50,922 bases of DNA from a virus (Duplodnaviria > Caudoviricetes), in IMG/VR virus record IMGVR_UViG_3300037045_000347, positions 1-50,922 of that record, one strand, 5' to 3'. This document shows positions 47,371-50,922 of the stretch, piece after piece. The translations under genes were made by a program, and so were the position numbers. The notes beneath the pieces are model-generated. The model did no database searches and was not told where the DNA came from. It saw nothing but the letters and a program-made list of their open reading frames with translations. Position 1 is the first letter of the stretch. Each line of letters begins with the position of its first letter.

Positions 47371-47800
47371 TCGATTTCGGGTATATTGGCCTTATGAGTC
47401 GAGCCTGAAAGTGCAAACTATTGTAAATTAATATGATGTATAAATTTAGTTTGAAATTATCATTTCGTATACAAGATTTCATAATTAGTTGAAAATTGGG
47501 AGTTAATTTTAATATTTCATATTCATCATAAATAGTTTCTACCAAAGTAACCTGTCAAAAATTGTTTACTTCTTTCTATGTTCATTTATGGTCTGTTTGT
47601 CGTTGTGTTGTCGTCTTTTTACACATGTTGTCACTGTGTTTATAGCCTCTACTCAAATTACTGAACCTTTATTGCAACAGTTTCGATTCATCATTCTATT
47701 TTTATTTCTTTAACTCCCCAAAATTACAAATTATTCCGGTAGCTTGTACCAGTTGAATAAACAATTTTGTACATTTGCCAATAGTATAAACACTAATACT

Positions 47801-48001
47801 ATGCAAGACGAACTCACATCAGCAATGCATTCCGAATTCGAAGTCGATGAAGAAACCGACATCATTCATCGTTGTATATCACTTTGGTGCTTATGGAAAG
47901 CTAATGATACCGACCCGGATTTTGCCAGGCATTGTACCAATTTCGGCTTAACTGTTGAGCAGGCCATGAAGTACAAGGAGTATTGCTTGGGGTTGAAGTG
48001 A
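47801..48001 (+). CDS. Small hypothetical protein
   Basis: ATG 47801 preceded by TACATTTG (-7 box) at 47770-47777. Confidence 0.6.
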   Translation: MQDELTSAMHSEFEVDEETDIIHRCISLWCLWKANDTDPDFARHCTNFGLTVEQAMKYKEYCLGLK

Positions 48002-48068
48002 ATTATTCTAATTAAACAGTTTCACCACCATTGAACACTGGAAGCTACTTTTCACTGTTCATGCGTTA

Positions 48069-48836
48069 TCAAGTCGGGTTTGTATGAAGAATTTCAACTC
48101 CCGATCTTATCGCAACCCTCGTCCTGTCATCTTCAGGGTAAGTCCTCTCAGCAATTTCTGAAACGTCTTCCCAGCTTATATCCGGATTGGCTTTAGCGTC
48201 TCCAAATTTAAATACGGTGTATATTGGTTTCTCAGTAAAACCAAAACTCTCGTATAGTAATTCAGCCCAAACCTGTGCAATATTTTGAGTCCGGGTAATT
48301 TGTTTTTCATCGAATTTTTCGGTGAATTTTGCTTCGCATACCAGCAGTAGGTTATCGATCGTAATTACTAAGTCAGGTTTAGCGTTAAACATACCCTGCA
48401 TAGCCCCATAAACATCTTTCTCACCCTTTGTTAGAGCAATTCCTTTTTCATCTGCTTTCTGCCGGATTTGCTTTGGATGAGTCGAGCTGATGTCATTTAA
48501 TGCTGATGGTAGTTGAGAGTATAAAGTGCATTCTTCAACCTTCTCTTGTTTCATCAACAACTTAGTGAGGTTATCCATAAAGTCGTTTACATCCGGTTTG
48601 GAGTTGTAATATGCATCTCTGATAATTGCAGCTTCACAGTAAATTGCGACGTTTTTATACTTCAACGAGCTGAAATCCGGTGTACCATTAGAGTATTCCA
48701 ACTTTGCTTTTGAAAGTAGGCTCAGAAATTGCCCCAGTGGGCTCCTTTCTTTAAGATGGAGTTGTTCATGCAACAACCGGAAAAGATGAGCGCAGATGGC
48801 TCGTTCTTCTCTGTTGTATGTGTCGTAGTGATTCAT
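48069..48836 (-). CDS. PD-(D/E)XK nuclease-like protein
   Basis: REERAICAHL helix; KPDLVI...VCEAKF catalytic pattern; likely start MNHYDTY. Confidence 0.65.
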   Translation of the reverse strand: MNHYDTYNREERAICAHLFRLLHEQLHLKERSPLGQFLSLLSKAKLEYSNGTPDFSSLKYKNVAIYCEAAIIRDAYYNSKPDVNDFMDNLTKLLMKQEKVEECTLYSQLPSALNDISSTHPKQIRQKADEKGIALTKGEKDVYGAMQGMFNAKPDLVITIDNLLLVCEAKFTEKFDEKQITRTQNIAQVWAELLYESFGFTEKPIYTVFKFGDAKANPDISWEDVSEIAERTYPEDDRTRVAIRSGVEILHTNPT

Positions 48837-48956
48837 AGGGTGCACGATTAGAGTTTTTGTAATTGCGGTTAAATGGTTTTGAGCAAACATGTTGATTTTC
48901 AACTTATATCACCTATATTGCCGATTCAATACTATGTTTGTTTATTCAAATGAGCC

Positions 48957-49469
48957 CTATTTACACATTTCATCAAATTTCACGAGTAACTTCCGTTCAA
49001 ATTCAATCGAAACAAATTTATTTTCCGCCATATCATACTTATATAATTTCTTGTCTGATGTCTTGAATGTAAATCTTGCAATTACAGGTGAATGATCAGG
49101 ATATGTTTCGTGTAAATTAAAATCATAATTTTCAGAGTATTCCAGTGCATTATCTTTTTTAGGATTTGGGCTACCCTCTACTGTAATTCCAAAAGAAGTT
49201 CCTCCATTTTTAACGACAGTCTCATAAAGACCTTTTGTCATTTCCAGATAAGCAGGTGAGGTAGTTAAAATTTTTATTACTATATCTAAACACGGGTTGG
49301 GTCCTGAGTTTCCGTGGTTTGACATAGAGTTTTCAGTTAGATTATCGCTTTCAACATCCAATTCTTTAACAGTTGTATTATTGGTAATAGTTGTACTAGT
49401 GTTGGAATTAGTACATGAAGCGGTGATGATAATTGTCAAAATCCCAATAAGTTGAATTGCTTTTTTCAT
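48957..49469 (-). CDS. Lipoprotein of unknown function
   Basis: IIITAS-C lipobox, Thr/Asn/Ser linker, two further Cys. Confidence 0.75.
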   Translation of the reverse strand: MKKAIQLIGILTIIITASCTNSNTSTTITNNTTVKELDVESDNLTENSMSNHGNSGPNPCLDIVIKILTTSPAYLEMTKGLYETVVKNGGTSFGITVEGSPNPKKDNALEYSENYDFNLHETYPDHSPVIARFTFKTSDKKLYKYDMAENKFVSIEFERKLLVKFDEMCK

Positions 49470-49520
49470 AATGTAATTATCAATATGCTAATTATAACAA
49501 AATCCTAAATGAATAACGTT

Positions 49521-49826
49521 TTATTGAAATTGTGTATTGCCTATCATGTAACCCTCGCTTAAAAGAGTTATAGTTATTTTTTTCTCTTTTGATTTGCTTA
49601 CGTACAAATAGATAGTTGTGAATGGAATATAAATAGCTCCTGAACCTCTCATTTCACATCTGGCTCTTACCTGACAATCAGGAATTAACATTGTTAGGTT
49701 CCCTGCAAAGAATACAATTTCAGTTTTAATTTTTAAAGCTTTCGCTTTTGTATACTGTTTCATAAAAGGCTTCATGGTTCGTAATAATCCCCATAGCTCT
49801 TTTCGATCGATCGTGAATGAATTCAT
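49521..49826 (-). CDS. Hypothetical basic protein
   Basis: 101-aa ORF with ATG start, co-oriented with neighbours. Confidence 0.55.
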   Translation of the reverse strand: MNSFTIDRKELWGLLRTMKPFMKQYTKAKALKIKTEIVFFAGNLTMLIPDCQVRARCEMRGSGAIYIPFTTIYLYVSKSKEKKITITLLSEGYMIGNTQFQ

Positions 49827-50007
49827 AGTTTTTTTATGTTAATCTTTTAAATCATTTAATAGTTCGTTTGCATCCAACTCTGCATCTGATTTCAGACACA
49901 ATAAAAAACCGGCATCGGCAAGATTGTCGAATTTTAAAGCGATATTTCGCCTTTTGAAGGAAATGTAATTCGACATGCCCATAAATATTACAGCAAGGCT
50001 GTTATAT

Positions 50008-50445
50008 TTATTTTCTGATTAATTGACCAGTAACTATCCACCTGTTCGGTGTGTTATCTGTGAACGAAGAAATGAATTCATATTTTAAGTTTATTACTCC
50101 ATTCGCACCTTTTGAGATTGCTTCTTTGTGAAGTTGAGCAAAGGCATCATTTAAATCACAATCTTTCCATTTGCCCTTTCTAATTTTAGGGATTTCTGTA
50201 TATGTGCCATTGGATTTGAATTTCTTTACATATTCAGTACCTTCATTTGCATAACCCGAGAATACACGAACTACAACACTTCCAATAGGGGTATAGTCGA
50301 AACTAACTGAATTCGACTCAGTAATAAAAAATCCTTGTTTGCTGTATTTCTCGTAATCTAAAACTTGTGAAGTTGCCGTGTAAATATGCTTTACTGAGCA
50401 ACTCATTAAAAGTATGGTTGTCAGAAAGAATAGAAATTGTTTCAT
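50008..50445 (-). CDS. Lipoprotein with YbjQ/heavy-metal-binding-like fold
   Basis: LLMS-C lipobox; YTPIGSV...AISKGANGVINL...VTGQLIR pattern. Confidence 0.7.
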   Translation of the reverse strand: MKQFLFFLTTILLMSCSVKHIYTATSQVLDYEKYSKQGFFITESNSVSFDYTPIGSVVVRVFSGYANEGTEYVKKFKSNGTYTEIPKIRKGKWKDCDLNDAFAQLHKEAISKGANGVINLKYEFISSFTDNTPNRWIVTGQLIRK

Positions 50446-50607
50446 ATAGTTTATTTTGTTTTTGCAATATCCATTAAACTAAATACTAAATAATGCAAAT
50501 ATACAAATATGAGAAATTAAAACAATTCAAATCGTATAAATTTTTCATCAAAATCAGGAATTTACGTTTTGACCCGAACCTTTTTGTATGTTTGTCAAAA
50601 AAATACT

Positions 50608-50922
50608 ATGTTACCAAACTATTATGATTATTTAGAAATCGAGGACATATATGAACTGGACGATAATACCAGAACTAAAATTGCCGGGATGCTTGACAAG
50701 CTAACCAAGAATGAAAGCCTGATAAATGTTGCATCCAAAATCGAAACCGGGGTGTATTTGTTAGGTGATCCGTACTTAAAGGAATCATACGATTATCTTT
50801 TAGAGAAAGGTTGGGTGGCTCTATTAACAGACACAATCGAATTCTTATATTTGCTTTCGGTTATTACGTCTAAAAGAATAGAGACAACCATACGATTCAT
50901 CTTTATTTGTATTAAGGCATAA
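50608..50922 (+). CDS. Hypothetical protein
   Basis: ATG 50608 preceded by TATGTTTG (-7 box) at 50587-50594. Confidence 0.55.
   Translation: MLPNYYDYLEIEDIYELDDNTRTKIAGMLDKLTKNESLINVASKIETGVYLLGDPYLKESYDYLLEKGWVALLTDTIEFLYLLSVITSKRIETTIRFIFICIKA

Noticed and set aside
47351-47545. 64-aa ORF next to the attI-like site as an integrase remnant
   Set aside because: No tyrosine-recombinase motifs (HxLRH, LGH, YTHV) recognisable
34169-50578. 12-bp repeat TTTTGACCCGAA at 34169 and 50567 as attL/attR
   Set aside because: A 12-mer match is expected by chance in 51 kb; no integrase or tRNA target supports it
1-50922. CRISPR array, rRNA or IS transposase
   Set aside because: No regularly spaced repeats, rRNA-like sequence or transposase motifs found by eye

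Overview
Window from a Bacteroidota genome (TAnnTTTG -7 promoter boxes, AT-rich translation starts, Gln at +1 after Sec signal peptides). About 1-32.9 kb is a siphovirus-type (pro)phage segment. In order it holds small accessory genes, scaffold/head-decoration/major capsid, neck, tail tube, a tRNA-like element, a frameshifted tail chaperone, tape measure, Dit/hub and two Ig/CBM-rich fibre genes. An opposite-strand 9-kb cargo follows (TPR histidine kinase, LuxR regulator, four envelope proteins, one lone lipoprotein), then the lysis cassette and a second small-gene cluster (JAB/RadC-like, LPD29-like). Terminase, portal and integrase are not in the window. About 33-50.9 kb is an accessory/defence region. 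Its most striking structure is an integrase-less, integron-like cassette array: two homologous 132-bp attC-like sites and an attI-like site. The cassettes are a 1.05-kb GIY-YIG cassette and a 10.5-kb four-gene cassette (Type III mod, a PD-(D/E)XK-like gene, Type III res, a sacsin/GHKL-UPF1-like helicase fusion), each bounded by its own complementary core sites. A second highlight is a three-gene tail-fibre chain whose Ig-like domains appear split across gene boundaries, suggesting pilus-like donor-strand polymerisation. All protein calls come from reading motifs and synteny by eye; no database search or folding was run.
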